The notes beneath the pieces were generated by a model. The model saw only the letters and a list, made by a program, of their open reading frames with translations. It ran no database searches and was not told the DNA's origin. From Octopus sinensis (lineage: Eukaryota), in NCBI RefSeq assembly GCF_006345805.1, contig NC_042998.1, forward strand, positions 66,960,001 to 67,024,000: a stretch of DNA of 64,000 bases. Direction: 5' to 3'. Both the position numbers and the translations under genes were made by a program. Below, piece after piece: positions 14,160 to 27,556 of the stretch; position 1 is the first letter of the stretch, and each line of letters begins with the position of its first letter.

Positions 14160-14325
14160 ATACATATATACATACATTTATACATACCTATATACATGCA
14201 TACATATATATATACATATATACATACATTTATACATACCTATATACATGCATACATATATATATACATATATACATACATTTATACATACCTATATACA
14301 TGCATACATATATATATATACATAT
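14160..14325. repeat. 52-bp minisatellite, 3 copies
   Basis: catttatacatacctatatacatgc recurs at 14175, 14227 and 14279. Confidence 0.9.
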
Positions 14326-14356
14326 ATGCATATATATTTATACATACATTTATGTA

Positions 14357-14414
<58 letters not shown>

Positions 14415-14416
14415 TC

Positions 14417-14450
<34 letters not shown>

Positions 14451-14504
14451 GTACATAATACGTACACACATACACATGCTTATCATGGAACAGTATACTA
14501 TGTG

Positions 14505-14735
14505 TGGACTGGCAGAATCGTTAGCACGCCGAGCGAAATGCTTAACGATATTTCGTCTGCCGTTGCGTTCTGAGTTCAAACTCCGCCGCGGTCAACTTTG
14601 GCTTTCATCCTTTCGGTGTCGATTAGATAAGTTCCAGCTATGCACTGATATCGATGTAATTGACTTAAACCCTTTGTTTATTCTTGTTTATTCCTTCTAT
14701 GTTTAGCGCCCTGTGAGCAATAAAGAAATAAGTAT
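14505..14735 (+). mobile_element. SINE family A, type-A tail
   Basis: ctggcagaatcgttagcacgccg, gagttcaaa, ctttcatcctttcgg and gcaataaagaaataag; matches the reverse complement of 50080..50319. Confidence 0.85.
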
Positions 14736-14830
14736 ACTATGTGTGCGTGTGTGGCGCTTGAATCCGACTGCATGCAGTGCATGTAAGGGCATAATTCATA
14801 TATACATAAATACATGTATATTCACACTCA

Positions 14831-14865
<35 letters not shown>

Positions 14866-16378
14866 GTGTGTGTGTGTATGTATATGTGTTTATTACGTGA
14901 GAGATAAGAGATAAAGATGCATACACACACACACATATATATACATAGAGAGAGAGAAAGAGAGAGAAACAGACAGAGAGGCAGAGAGACAGAGAGACTG
15001 ACACACACAGAGAAAGAGAAATAGATATTTGGCCTCCTTGCATAAAATAATAGTTATCAAAATCCAATTATTTTTGCAAATATCTCCTTTCTTTATAATA
15101 CTTTAATATAACTGTCTCGTAGTATTCTTCGGGAAATTCTTTGTATAGTTTCATACGATATTAAAAGAAAATTGAAATATAAGCAAATAGCTTGAATATA
15201 AATTGTATCAGCTCTACTAATATTCTTTGTTCGCTGCAAGTAACGGCGACTGTCGTAATATCCACTTAATGTAACCCCGAAGATTTCGCATTCATATGAA
15301 ACTTTTGTCTATTTTCACTGAACGGTTTTTTTTCAATACTGAAGCTTTTATTGCTATCGCGAATTCGTTATTTCAACAGTTATTAATTCAGCCTCACACA
15401 TCATGGTAAATCCTAGGTTCTTAGCACTATTTAATGTAATATTTCTGCTCTTAGTCGATATGATTTCTTCCTAGCAGCTTTAGGATCGAGTATCTGCATT
15501 TTGTCAGATAAAACAAATAAGGGAAATAATGTATTGCTGTACGCTCTTCTTTATTATACACGTTCCATTTGATGGTATTAAACAGCTAAATTTTACAAAG
15601 AATCGTTAATGTTCTCAAAATGCTCAGGTATCACACACAAAGCAAAATGAGCGCTACAATTTAAGAGTTGTTCTACAGGGGGTAAAGTGATAGTCGATAA
15701 ATAAATATTTTATTTGATTGCATTAAACAATTAAAATCTCCAAGGTTTCTGAACTCATCCCAGAAAGTCCAATGATGCTTCGTATAAAAGGCATTACGGG
15801 TATTCTGCAATTTGAAGTTTATACTATAGAAATAGTAACCGAGTCAATATTGTGTCATTCAGCTTACACTTGAATTGCTGAAATTCATTAATTATTCACA
15901 TACAGATATGTATATTTCTGGTATATTTTCTAATCATTTGACAAATAATCGATGCTTGTTTCTAGATGATAGATTTGATCAACGTAAACGTAGGGCAATC
16001 ACTCATATAGAAGTATTGATACTAGTATAATAGGTACAATAATGCAAACTAAATTATCACACAACCGATATGATTAAAACTTTTTGTAGCGTAGGTGAAT
16101 ATAGAATCACTTCATAATGCTAGGTCATGAGATGAATTAACATATATATAGAAAAGCTTGGCTTTAGTATGACATCAATTATTCAATGATGTCACCACTC
16201 CAGTCGTGAAGTTAACCTTTCTAGTTTTCCTACTTTTATCTACATTAGAGATATATAACAACGTACTTCATGAATTGGCTCAGATGCCAGCATTGAAACG
16301 GTTAGCTCTTCGACATTTACCAAATAGGACAACGTTAAATTGTTTCTATAAATTGAAATTCATACCTAAATCACATGT

Positions 16379-16478
16379 ATTCATCCATATACGATTCATT
16401 ATCATATACGATTCATCCATATATACGATTCATCCATATACGATTCATATACGATTCATATGCATTCATTATCGTATA
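16379..16478. repeat. Imperfect ~15-bp minisatellite (catatacgattcatc) with about 5-6 units
   Basis: Direct reading. Confidence 0.85.
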
Positions 16479-17462
16479 AACAGAGTTGTATTAGCATTTT
16501 CCGAAAGTTTTGGACTATTTGTTATTGTGTTCAGTTACTCTCTTCAGTATTTATGTTTTTCTTCAGTTGCAATCTATTGCTAATATTTAACAACGTATCA
16601 ATGAAAACAATATTAATACTCACTGTTATACTTGTCTAGCCGACTGGTGTATACACTGGGACAATCTACATGAACTTTAGAGTACACTCCAGTAGGTATA
16701 CATTAGCAAATGTGTGATTACACTGGATGTTATGTCTCTCGGTATTTCCTCCGAATCTTTGTGCTATTCGTTCACAGCCCGCTGAAATGAACTTTGTTTT
16801 TGATCCTTTCAGAGTCGATAAACAAGTACCTAAACAGTGACAGATTGGTGGAACTGTAAATACGTCAAATCAGAAAACTTGCGTGTATGATTTCCTCTAG
16901 TTTTGATTAGTAAAATGAATTCGTCGTAAGTTCCCAACCACCATCTGGCAGCTTGCTGCATGCATTCTGGCGAGGTCACCAGTTTAAGATCTTCATTACT
17001 CCTTTCTACGAACCTCGAGGACTTAGTTGATTGTAAAGAGTATGGTCTTCTTGACTAAAACATACAAAAGACATGTTTTACGAAAATTTGACGTTGGAGT
17101 CAGTTGGCGAAGACTTGGTAAAGACATCAGGCAGTATATATCAAGTTATGACTTTCAGCGGTGAGGGTTCAAATCACTCCGAGTACATATTTACCACTTT
17201 TTCATACAGAATCGATATAAAAAGAGTCAATACTAGGCGGTGAACAGGCAAATTCCGTGTAAAGCAAAATTCTGTTATATGACAAAGTTTGTTTCTCTGG
17301 AGATTGTCAAAAGGATGTGGACGCCTGTGATGAGAACCCAATAAGGTTGGAAAATCGATCAAGGTTGTTCATCTTTTGTTTTTCAGCCCACAGAGAAATA
17401 GCTAAAATATGCCGTTTATAATTATACCATATGTTGCGTGTAAATATATATATATGTGCATA

Positions 17463-17521
<59 letters not shown>

Positions 17522-17589
17522 ATATATATATATATATATATCACAGCTGCATTCTCGTTACACGAGAAAAGCCATTGCCAAGAAGACTT

Positions 17590-18220
17590 ACTGAAATGAT
17601 TCATGATTCTTGCCATGTGATGCCCTTATTTGACTTTTAAGCCCGGCCAAGCTTTTACACATTTTATTACATAGTAGACAACTGTGCTGGCTGGCAGGAG
17701 AAACAGGTGTCACCATATGCACTCTCTTACCTTGTCTTTTTAGACCTCCAACTGAGAAGAACATCCTTCCATGTTTTACCCACGTTGTGTTATGAATTTT
17801 AATAGCCACATCATTGTTTATCATGGGTCGATTTCTATGAGAATCTTGATGGCTCACCAGGCCTGTACGGCTCAACACCTCCACCCACAAACCACACACA
17901 CATAAAAGCAACAGTCTCTCACTTTCCACATGTTCCCCCTTCTAATCCCCCTCCAAATTCTCTCATACTACCCTCTCCCCCTCTCAAGCCTTGAACAACC
18001 ATCATGCACCATCTTCCTCCATTCATCACGGTCTTGTGCCTCCCCCTCCCAATTACCTGCTGTATTAGAGCATTTTTAAAGCAATCCTTAAAGCTTAGTG
18101 TAGGCTTATGCAATGGTGTCCTGTCATCTTCCAGCTCTCCATACAAAGCTGCTTGGGCAGTCGCTCGTAACTCATCCTTACCAAATGTTCCCCTCACCTC
18201 AAACGTATTTGCAAAATCAC
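17590..18220 (-). mobile_element. 5'-truncated RTE-clade LINE 3' end (frameshifted)
   Basis: ALYGELEDDRTPLHKPTLSFKDCFKNAL resembles the RTE C-terminal YGEL...RFKD motif. Two C2H2-like fingers follow (CVCG..LSRTGLVSHQDSH; CLLCNKMCKSLAGLKSQIRASH). Confidence 0.75.
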
Positions 18221-18222
18221 TC

Positions 18223-18372
18223 TGAGGGTTCAAATCACTCTGAGTAGATATTTACCACTTTTTCATACAGAATCGATATATTGGGTTCTCATCACAGGCG
18301 TCCACATCCATTTGACAATCTCCAGAGAAACAAACTTTGTCATATAACAGAATTTTGCTTTACACGGAATTT
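18223..18372. repeat. Templated copy of local DNA: direct copy of 17162..17219 fused to inverted copy of 17250..17343
   Basis: About 3 mismatches over ~150 bp by eye; short TA/TAT microhomology at the switch. Confidence 0.92.
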
Positions 18373-18707
18373 ATACATACAAACGCACATATGTACACAC
18401 ATATGAATCGCAAACAGCCAGAGAGAAATATACAGCGCGACGCATTGTTTCGACGGTCTTAAATTTAGGTAATGTATCACTATGGATTGCTTTTAATTTA
18501 TCGACACTGGAAGGATGAAAAGTGAAGCTGACATCCATTTAAGGGGACTCTAGGTGCAGAGACTTATAAGAAATAGCGCGGAGCGTCATGTCCAGGACTT
18601 AGGCTAGAAGTGTATGCTTATTGTTTTATGTACCTCTATAGCTGCAAATAGACATAGACACATATTCAGTTGCAGCATTATTGAACACCTAGGATGTGAT
18701 AGCTGGA

Positions 18708-18741
<34 letters not shown>

Positions 18742-19954
18742 GAGAGTGAGTGAGTGAGAGTAAATATGTGGGGGAGAGAGAGAGATACACGCGCTGTCGG
18801 CTACAGATGAGTAGAATGGTAGTACGTGACATGAAGTGCCCTGCTCTATATTACAACACACTGTTCGATCCATGATAGGAATCACGGACTTACCATTATA
18901 CGACTAACATCCTCAATCATTGTGACATGCACCTTCATAATATTTGTATGTGTGTGTGTGTGTGTCTGTGTGTGTGCATATATATATATATATAATATAT
19001 ATATATATGTATATATATGTATATATTTTGATATAATGTATATTATATATACATGCATATATTTATGTTTGTGTGTATGTGTGAGTGTGTACGTATGCAT
19101 ATATTATGTGCATATGTGATTTACTTCCCGTTTGCAGTATTTTAGATTTTAGATTAAGCGGGCACCTGCTTTGGAGTAAGATTGTAAAGAAAAGTTATTA
19201 AAGAGAAGTATCTTGTTCTTTTCTTATGCATTGTGCGCACATCCGTCTTGCAGATGTTTATCGTCGTAGAAAAGGTGATTTATGGTGCCCTGTTCTTTCT
19301 TGAAAAATACATGTTCATCCATAATTTGAAATAGACTTCTTGATATATATGTCCTGTCCTTCCAATGATAACGACTATAAAACTAAATGTGTATACTGCG
19401 TAATGGATTTTTAGGCTACCTTAAATTGATGCATAGATGTCTCCTTTCTTCAGCATGCCTTGCTTCTATCTATCTTTCTAAGCTGAGCGTTGTTCAAATC
19501 ACTTTCCAAACGTATTTCTGAATGTGTAAGTTGTACAGGCATCTGTGTGCGTGTGTCAGTTCGTGTGCACGTATATGTGTGCTTAAAAATATATATTTAT
19601 CTCATAGTGTTCAGTGCTAGGAATGCCAAGAAAACTTTGATTCCATTTATGCTGAAGACTGATAATATTAATGGTTTCTGATTTGGGCCCAAAGCCAGCA
19701 ACTTTGGGAGGAGCGGTGTTAGTTAATGGAATCGACTATAGTGATTGACAAGCATTTATTGCATGGAATGCGGAAGGATGAAAGGTATAGTTGACCTAGG
19801 TAAGGTCTGAAGCAAAAATGTAATAGTAGAAAGAAATATACCAAATCATTTTCACAAGGCTTTAATGATTGTACCAGCTTAAAAATAGTTGTAGTAATTG
19901 CAACAATGTTTATAAGTATACACCCACACACATGAACGTAAGTATATAGGTATG

Positions 19955-21184
19955 TATTGGGTCATCCCATAATAATGAGAATTTTTGTACTTCGTTTATT
20001 TTTCAAAATTAAGATAAACAAAGTTTTTTAAATCTAAAATATACTCTCCTTCTTTTTCTACAATGCTCTTCCAACTATCTAGTAGACTTGCAAGGCCCTC
20101 TTCCAAAATTCACTTATCCGTGACGAAAATTACTCCTCCTGTACTGTTCTAACCTCGTCTACAGAATTCATATTTTTTCCGTCTAAATGATTTTGAAGAC
20201 AGCGAAATAAATGATATTCAAATGGGGCAATGTCCGGCGAATATGTTGGACACTGTTTCCCACTCAAACTGCTCCAGCCGTTTCAATGTCATGCTCGCTG
20301 TACGTGGCCGAGCATCATCCTGATGGAAGAATACCTTTCGTCTTCAAACCAAAGATGGTGTTTTTTCTTCTAGCACTGACTTAAGCCACTCAAGCTGTTG
20401 GCAGCAGATCTCTTTTGTTAGCGTTTGGTTTGAGTTTAAAAGTTCAAAGTTTCATATCCCACCAAACAGATAACAAAACCTTATATGGGTGAACACCTTC
20501 TTTAGCTTGAGTTGCCGGTGTTTCTCTTTTCCCTACCCATTGTCTTCGGCGCTTCACATTTTTATAGAGAACCCATTTCTCGTCACCAATCACTATTCGT
20601 TCCAAAAAAGGTTCATTCGTGAGACGAGACAGTAAAGAAGAGCACACATTCACTCTTTGTGCCCGTTTAATCTCGGAAAGTTTGTGAAGAACTCATTGAC
20701 CCAATTTGCTGACTTTTTCGATGGCACGCAGGTGTCAATAAATGGTTGAATGACCAAATGAAACCATCTCTGCTAGTTCCTCAACTATTGCGAGATATTA
20801 TTCGTCGAGCTCTACGGATCTTCCAGAACTAGGCTCATCTTCTAGGCTGTAGTTTCCGACTCGGAATTTCTGGAGCCACCGTTGACATTGACTTAAGCTC
20901 ATTGTCCGATCCCCATATACTGCATTAATATTCCTCACACTTTCTATTGTATTGTTGCCTTTATTGAACTCATAAAGCAAAATATGCCGAATATGCTCCT
21001 TTATCACTTCCATTATAGCTTTAAAAAAATTACTGTGAAAATCGAACCGCAGTCTTCAAAATTTGCACTAAGAATAAGTATAAGGTAAAATTACTACCTG
21101 CTTTTATAGCAAGTTGATGCCAGTATTTTATCCAGACCCACTCTGACTTTTAGTTCATACAATTGAAAAAACCGCATTAATTAT
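19955..21184 (-). mobile_element. Near full-length but disrupted mariner element (Mos1/Hsmar1-like transposase pseudogene, about 20030..21013)
   Basis: MEVIKEHIRHILLYEF HTH, IVIGDEKWVLY, VFFHQDDARP and YSPDIAPFEYHLF, with stops and frameshifts. Partial TIR match cataataatgagaatttt versus cataattaatgcggtttt. Confidence 0.93.
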
Positions 21185-21589
21185 GAGTTTGGCTTGAAAA
21201 GCTTGTAATTAGCGCCCCCACTGCTTAAAATCTTCGACGTATGCTATTTCCTTTGCCCTCGAAACAATCTACAATCTGTGTATAAATTTGTATAGACGAA
21301 AACTGTATTGAATCGCGCCGATGGAATTGTACCTATAATTTAAATGCAGAGCCTTGTCACACTCCGTCACGCTGATTAAGCATGAGAATTAGCATTAAGA
21401 GTACACTCTTTGTGGAATACTGGATGACTTACACTTTAATTCACTTTAATCAATAAACAATAGAATATTCATTGTCGAAACTGACGGACATCCCCCTATC
21501 AACTTGTCTAACTAGCTCGCTACCTGTATTTATCCATCCATTCATTCCTCTCTCTATCTGTCTCTCTCTCTATCTGTTTATTTGTCTGT

Positions 21590-21600
21590 CTGCCTGCCTG

Positions 21601-21686
<86 letters not shown>

Positions 21687-21808
21687 CGTCCGTCTGTCTA
21701 ACTATCTGTCTATCTGTCCCTCTGATTGTTTAATGGCTGTCGGCTTTTCTGATGATTATCGGACTGTCTGTCTCTTTATGTATGAATGTATGTATACATG
21801 TATGTATG

Positions 21809-21889
<81 letters not shown>

Positions 21890-21890
21890 C
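21590..21890. repeat. (TCTA)n tetranucleotide blocks
   Basis: Direct reading. Source of the LSIY pseudo-ORFs. Confidence 0.95.
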
Positions 21891-22384
21891 TGTACATAAG
21901 AATGTATGCATGTATGCATATATGTATATTCGAGAGTAACTTCGTCTGTATATATGCATGTATATAGTGTGTGTTTATGCCCATTTAACGGACGAAGAAG
22001 GTAAAAAATCCACATTTATTGATGCATAGTAATTTTCTAAAAAGAAGACTAATTTAATTGAAAAATTTCGAAGTAGAAGTAACACGCATTTTAAACACAT
22101 CTAACCATATAATTGCATAATAAGCAATCTTATTGTTCAATTCATTATTGCTGTCAACCAGAAAATGTATAGTGCAATTAAGCGTATTCCAGTACACTCG
22201 GTAAAAATTGAGATAAGCCAATGTAATATACGTAAAAAAAATTAAGTTAAATGTGGACAATTTATTTAATCGCTAAAATAACTGCTTTGCAGAATAAATT
22301 TCTCATTTATCAAAAACAAAAAGAAACAAAGATGAATGCGAAACAACTATTAAAGCTTTCATGTTAGACATTATTATTTTCTGA

Positions 22385-22560
22385 TTGCTTTTTTTGTTGT
22401 TCTGTTTGTTGTGTTTGTTGCTGACACTGCTGCTACTGCAGCTGTTGTTGTTGCTTAAGGTGGTGGTGGTGGTGATTGTGTTGGTAGTGGTGATGGTGGT
22501 AGTGGTGGTGGTGGTGGTGGTGTCGGTGGTGGTCGCGGTCGTAGTGGTGGTAGTGGTGAA
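22385..22560. repeat. Degenerate (TTG/CTG/GTG)n trinucleotide tract
   Basis: Direct reading. Confidence 0.9.
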
Positions 22561-22810
22561 ACGATGCTTTGCCCCAATCGATCTTGAATCAGCAGAGCTA
22601 TAGTCCATCCAAGGTTTTACTGTTGAGATCCTATTGTATGTGTCGGGAGATTTCATTACCTATTATTTCGTTTAAATTTTACGGAAGTGAGTGTATGACT
22701 GAAGGGATGTTTGGTAGTTATTTCTGGCATGCAGTTCGAACACATAGAGACCCACTTCTCTTCTCTCTTTACCTCTCTCTCTCTAGCTCTCCTCTCTCAT
22801 ACTTAATCTG

Positions 22811-22873
<63 letters not shown>

Positions 22874-23860
22874 GTCTGTCTGTCTGTCTCTCTATCAATC
22901 AATCTATCTATCTATCTACAAATGTTTATGTAGCTTGACTCGCTATTTATTCATTTTAAGGCCTATGCTTATCTAAACAATAACTATATTAAGTTATTAT
23001 ATCTAACACGTCGATCGTTGGTTCGCTGAATTCCTGCCTATGATATCAGTAATATGAGAGAGTTTAATAAGCCGAACGATGCCGAATGTTCTATTTCTGT
23101 CTTTCATTGGTTTTTGGACTAGTTTTTAAGGTATGTTGGTGAGTAGAAATTGGCCAATCATATATATAACTTTTTTACGAATGAACAATTTAGCTGGTTG
23201 GGAGTCTTAATGTCCAAGAATCCAACGGTTTCAAAGAGCTAATAGAACGTGGAGTCTACCAATATATTGATCGTATCTCAACAGAAACTATCAGTATTTT
23301 ATTAAAATTGAACACCTCACTACGTTTCACATTATCAGTAAATAAATAATATGGAAGCGAAGCATTTGATAATAATGGAAGCAAGCATTTCTTATTACTT
23401 AAAGTTGTGACACTATATTTGTGTTTGATGTTTTCTTTTTTGCGGTAGAATTTTAACTCTATTTTTCCTATATTTTTCATTCTTATTTTCGCCCGTTTAC
23501 AACATCTTTCTGAGACTTTTTTTTCTTTCACTGCAGTATGGAGAAGGAATTCTTTATGCTTTTAACACTTAATGACAAACAGAAAGAAAGAAGTAGAGAG
23601 AGAGAGAAAAATAGAGAGAGTAAAAGTGAGAGAAGAAAATGTTCTAAAAGGAAAAGGCAGAGAAAAAAAAAACTTTAAGATATTTCTAAAATGAATTAGA
23701 TGAAATGGTTCTTGCAAGATCGATCAATCTGCATGGCATTATATATGAGTTCTTCCAATTGATGGCATGTCTTTTATATATTTCACTTAACGTCTAATTT
23801 AAGGTGTGGAACATTAGGCAGAGGTAAGTAAAGAAAACTGCACAGAGAAATAGAAATGAA

Positions 23861-23875
23861 TTAATAATAATAATG

Positions 23876-23912
<37 letters not shown>

Positions 23913-24083
23913 TAATAATAATAATAATGCACAATACTTAAAATCTGCAATAACAGAGATGGGTTTTCTTTTTTTAAAATGCATTTCCAGAAATTTTCTG
24001 TTGCTGCTATTGCTACTACTATTAGTACTTTAATAATAATAATAATATAATAATAATAATAATATAATAATATAATAATAATA

Positions 24084-24129
<46 letters not shown>

Positions 24130-24305
24130 TAACAACAACAGCAACAACAACAAAAATGAGGAGGAGGGGAGGAAGAGCAAAAGAAGAAGGAGGAGGAGGA
24201 GAAGGAAGATGAAGGGAGAAGGGAAGAAGAAGAAGAAGAAGAAGAAGAAGAAGAAGAAGAAGAAGAAGAAGAAGAAGAAGAAGAAGAAGGAGAAGAAGAA
24301 GAAGG
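23861..24305. repeat. Compound (AAT)n-(AAC)n-(GGA)n-(GAA)n microsatellite
   Basis: Direct reading. Confidence 0.95.
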
Positions 24306-25075
24306 CTGCTACTTGTTCTCATTGTAGCATACGTAAGGATATTAATTGCTGAGCAGAGAATCAGTTTCCGTTTCTCCCAGGGACAACGGCAGTGCTCTTC
24401 TTTGAGATATACGGGTATATACATAAGCAATAAGAGCTAGCCGAACTAACATCATTATGAATATCTAGGGATGCAGATATAGTGTAGAAATGTATCTCTC
24501 TTGCACAACTGATAATATTTCAATAATGAGGCATATGCAAAAAGAAGAAGTAAAGACAATACATAAACGACCAATAGCCTGAAATAACGTGAAGATAGAA
24601 TGCGGGAACGGAATACTCTGTGTCATTACGGGAACGTTATAATCCGTCAAGCAATATGCGAAAAATAAAATCGAAAATCTTCTTGGGAAACCTTCTATAG
24701 ACAAAAACACAAGGAGATAGCGCTCATAGGAAGAGCCCATATAATGCATAAAATGATATTTATAAAGTAAGGATGATACAAATGGATAATAACTAAATCT
24801 ATTCTACTTTAGAGTTAGAACAATTATGTGCATATACAAGAATTCGCTATGAGTATCTCGTTAGCAAAGTTTCTGAATCATATATCAGGTGTTATGCTTT
24901 CGATTAGTCAAAGTTGCAACGAAGATAACCATTTATCTAATACATTCCCTTTATTCTCTCTCTCTCTTTCTCTCTTTCACGCACACACACACACACACAC
25001 ACACACTCACTCACTCTCATTCGTCATCAATCCGAATTCTTCTTTGCCCACCCACCTTTAATTCTTAGTATTTCG

Positions 25076-25128
25076 TTACATGCAACGGTTGATCATTTTC
25101 CCATGCGTGAATATTCCTTCACAGACAC
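25076..25128 (-). CDS. Speculative terminal coding exon (phase 1): (G)VCEGIFTHGKMINRCM*
   Basis: Acceptor TTCATATATTTAG; in frame with exon 31000..31122 and adds two Cys. Other phase-1 acceptors also exist. Confidence 0.15.
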
Positions 25129-25384
25129 CTAAATATATGAATTGTTCATTTCATCTTATTTTTTGTTCCTTTTGCGGTGAATACCGCGGTTGATTAATCG
25201 ATTTTAGTGTAGATAACGAGATATGTAAAATAATGTGTATAAACCCTGTAGCATGCACGGGTGCATAATTGAAGCGTTATTTCCAGGCCATTGCAGGAGA
25301 ATTTAAAGACAAGCAACTAAGAATAGAATACACATGCAGTATATGCTTGTAGTTGTGTGTTTATGATATATATATATATATACA

Positions 25385-25668
25385 GTGGAGGCACATGGCC
25401 TAGTGGTTAGAGCAGCGTACTCGCGGTCGAGGGATCGCGAGTTCGAATCTCAGATCGGGTGATGTGTGTGTGCTTATTAGCAAAACCCCTAAGCTCCACG
25501 CAGCTCCAGCGGAAGGTAATGGCAAACTTCTACTGACTCTTTCGCCACAACTTTCTGTCACTCTTTCCTCCTGCATCTTGCAGTTCAACTGCGACGGACC
25601 GGTGTCCGGTCCAGGTGGGGAACATATACGCCAAGGAAACGGGAAACCGGCTCGAGTAGGAACAAACA
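25385..25668 (+). mobile_element. SINE with family-B-like head but a different 3' half
   Basis: gtggaggcacatggcctagtggttagagcagcg and gttcgaatc head; diverges from family B after cactctttc into ctgcgacggaccggtgtccggtccagg. Confidence 0.85.
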
Positions 25669-25669
25669 A

Positions 25670-26574
25670 TATATATATATATATTTATATGTGTGTGGGC
25701 AGATGAGGGAAGAGAGAGAGAGCGTGTGTGTGTGCATACGTTTCTATAGTAAGAGGTATTGAGTATTCATTCATTTTAGCTTCATATATTTAAATCTCGT
25801 TGCAAACGGTGATTGTGTTACAAGATTAAATATTTTGTTATTTGCTATGAAAATATTTTGCATATGGACTTGAGGGGATTAAAAGCACTCATGAACGTAT
25901 TGTAGACAAACGATAATCGTCTGCTACGGCAACGGGAAAGGCCGCATTACGTGATTTGATAATCTCACTACCTATCTGTGACACCGGTTATATACGTTTA
26001 GGTAGTCCTTGGTTTCTTTCTTTATGGCGCTTTTGGTATATACTTTATATCATTTATTGATTATGCGTGATATTGCTTCATTGGTATTCTAATTCTATTA
26101 GCGGTTCTATTTCGTTGGGGACTTATTGTTTCTGGCAGTGTTGTACATACATGCATATTTTCATTGTTCAATTGAATGGAGTTGCATGAAACGATCGTAC
26201 TACATACCCCTGAATAACCTTGTTGCTTCTTTTGATTTATATATATATTTAAGTATAGTAAATAGACAAAAGTCTGAACATGGTGGTGTTACATAACATC
26301 ATAAAATGATTTACAGTTGAATTGGAACGCCCAATTGTTTAAGTGAATTTATGTTTAAATATTCATCATTCTGTTAGCAAGGTAACTCAAATAGAGTGCT
26401 GACCGAGATTAACTGGATTTTCGTAATCCCTAACTTATTTCATCATATATATATATATATGAATGTATCTATATATATGAATATGCTATATATAAACATA
26501 TATATATATTAATCATAAGGACGCATTCATACGTACGTCTACCTGAATATTGATCCTGGTTATGTAAATACATG

Positions 26575-26617
<43 letters not shown>

Positions 26618-27525
26618 TATATTTATATGTGTGTGGGCAGATGAGGGAAGAGAGAGAGAGCGTGTGTGTGTGCATACGTTTCTATAGTAAGAGGTATTGA
26701 GTATTCATTCATTTTAGCTTCATATATTTAAATCTCGTTGCAAACGGTGATTGTGTTACAAGATTAAATATTTTGTTATTTGCTATGAAAATATTTTGCA
26801 TATGGACTTGAGGGGATTAAAAGCACTCATGAACGTATTGTAGACAAACGATAATCGTCTGCTACGACAACGGGAAAGGCCGCATTACGTGATTTGATAA
26901 TCTCACTACCTATCTGTGACACCGGTTATATACGTTTAGGTAGTCCTTGGTTTCTTTCTTTATGGCGCTTTTGGTATATACTTTATATCATTTATTGATT
27001 ATGCGTGATATTGCTTCATTGGTATTCTAATTCTATTAGCGGTTCTATTTCGTTGGGGACTTATTGTTTCTGGCAGTGTTGTACATACATGCTTATTTGC
27101 ATTGTTCAATTGAATGGAGTTGCATGAAACGATCGTACTACATACCCCTGAATAACCTTGTTGCTTCTTTTGATTTATATATATATTTAAGTATAGTAAA
27201 TAGACAAAAGTCTGAACATGGTGGTGTTACATAACATCATAAAATGATTTACAGTTGAATTGGAACGCCCAATTGTTTAAGTGAATTTATGTTTAAATAT
27301 TCATCATTCTGTTAGCAAGGTAACTCAAATAGAGTGCTGACCGAGATTAACTGGATTTTCGTAATCCCTAACTTATTTCATCATATATATATATATATAT
27401 ATATATGAATGTATCTATATATATGAATATGCTATATATAAACATATATATATATTAATCATAAGGACGCATTCATACGTACGTCTACCTGAATATTTGA
27501 TCCTGGTTATGTAAATACATGTATG

Positions 27526-27550
<25 letters not shown>
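25670..27550 (+). repeat. Tandem direct duplication, unit ~938 bp, bounded by (TA)n
   Basis: gtgtgtgggcagatgaggg at 25691 and 26629. Only a handful of differences (e.g. ctacggcaac/ctacgacaac) plus (TA)n length. Confidence 0.97.

Positions 27551-27556
<6 letters not shown>

Noticed and set aside
16379-16478. CRISPR-like array
   Set aside because: Short adjacent units without unique spacers in a eukaryotic context; an ordinary minisatellite.
20030-21013. Functional transposase or SETMAR-like domesticated gene
   Set aside because: Multiple stops and frameshifts, and no SET-domain exons seen.
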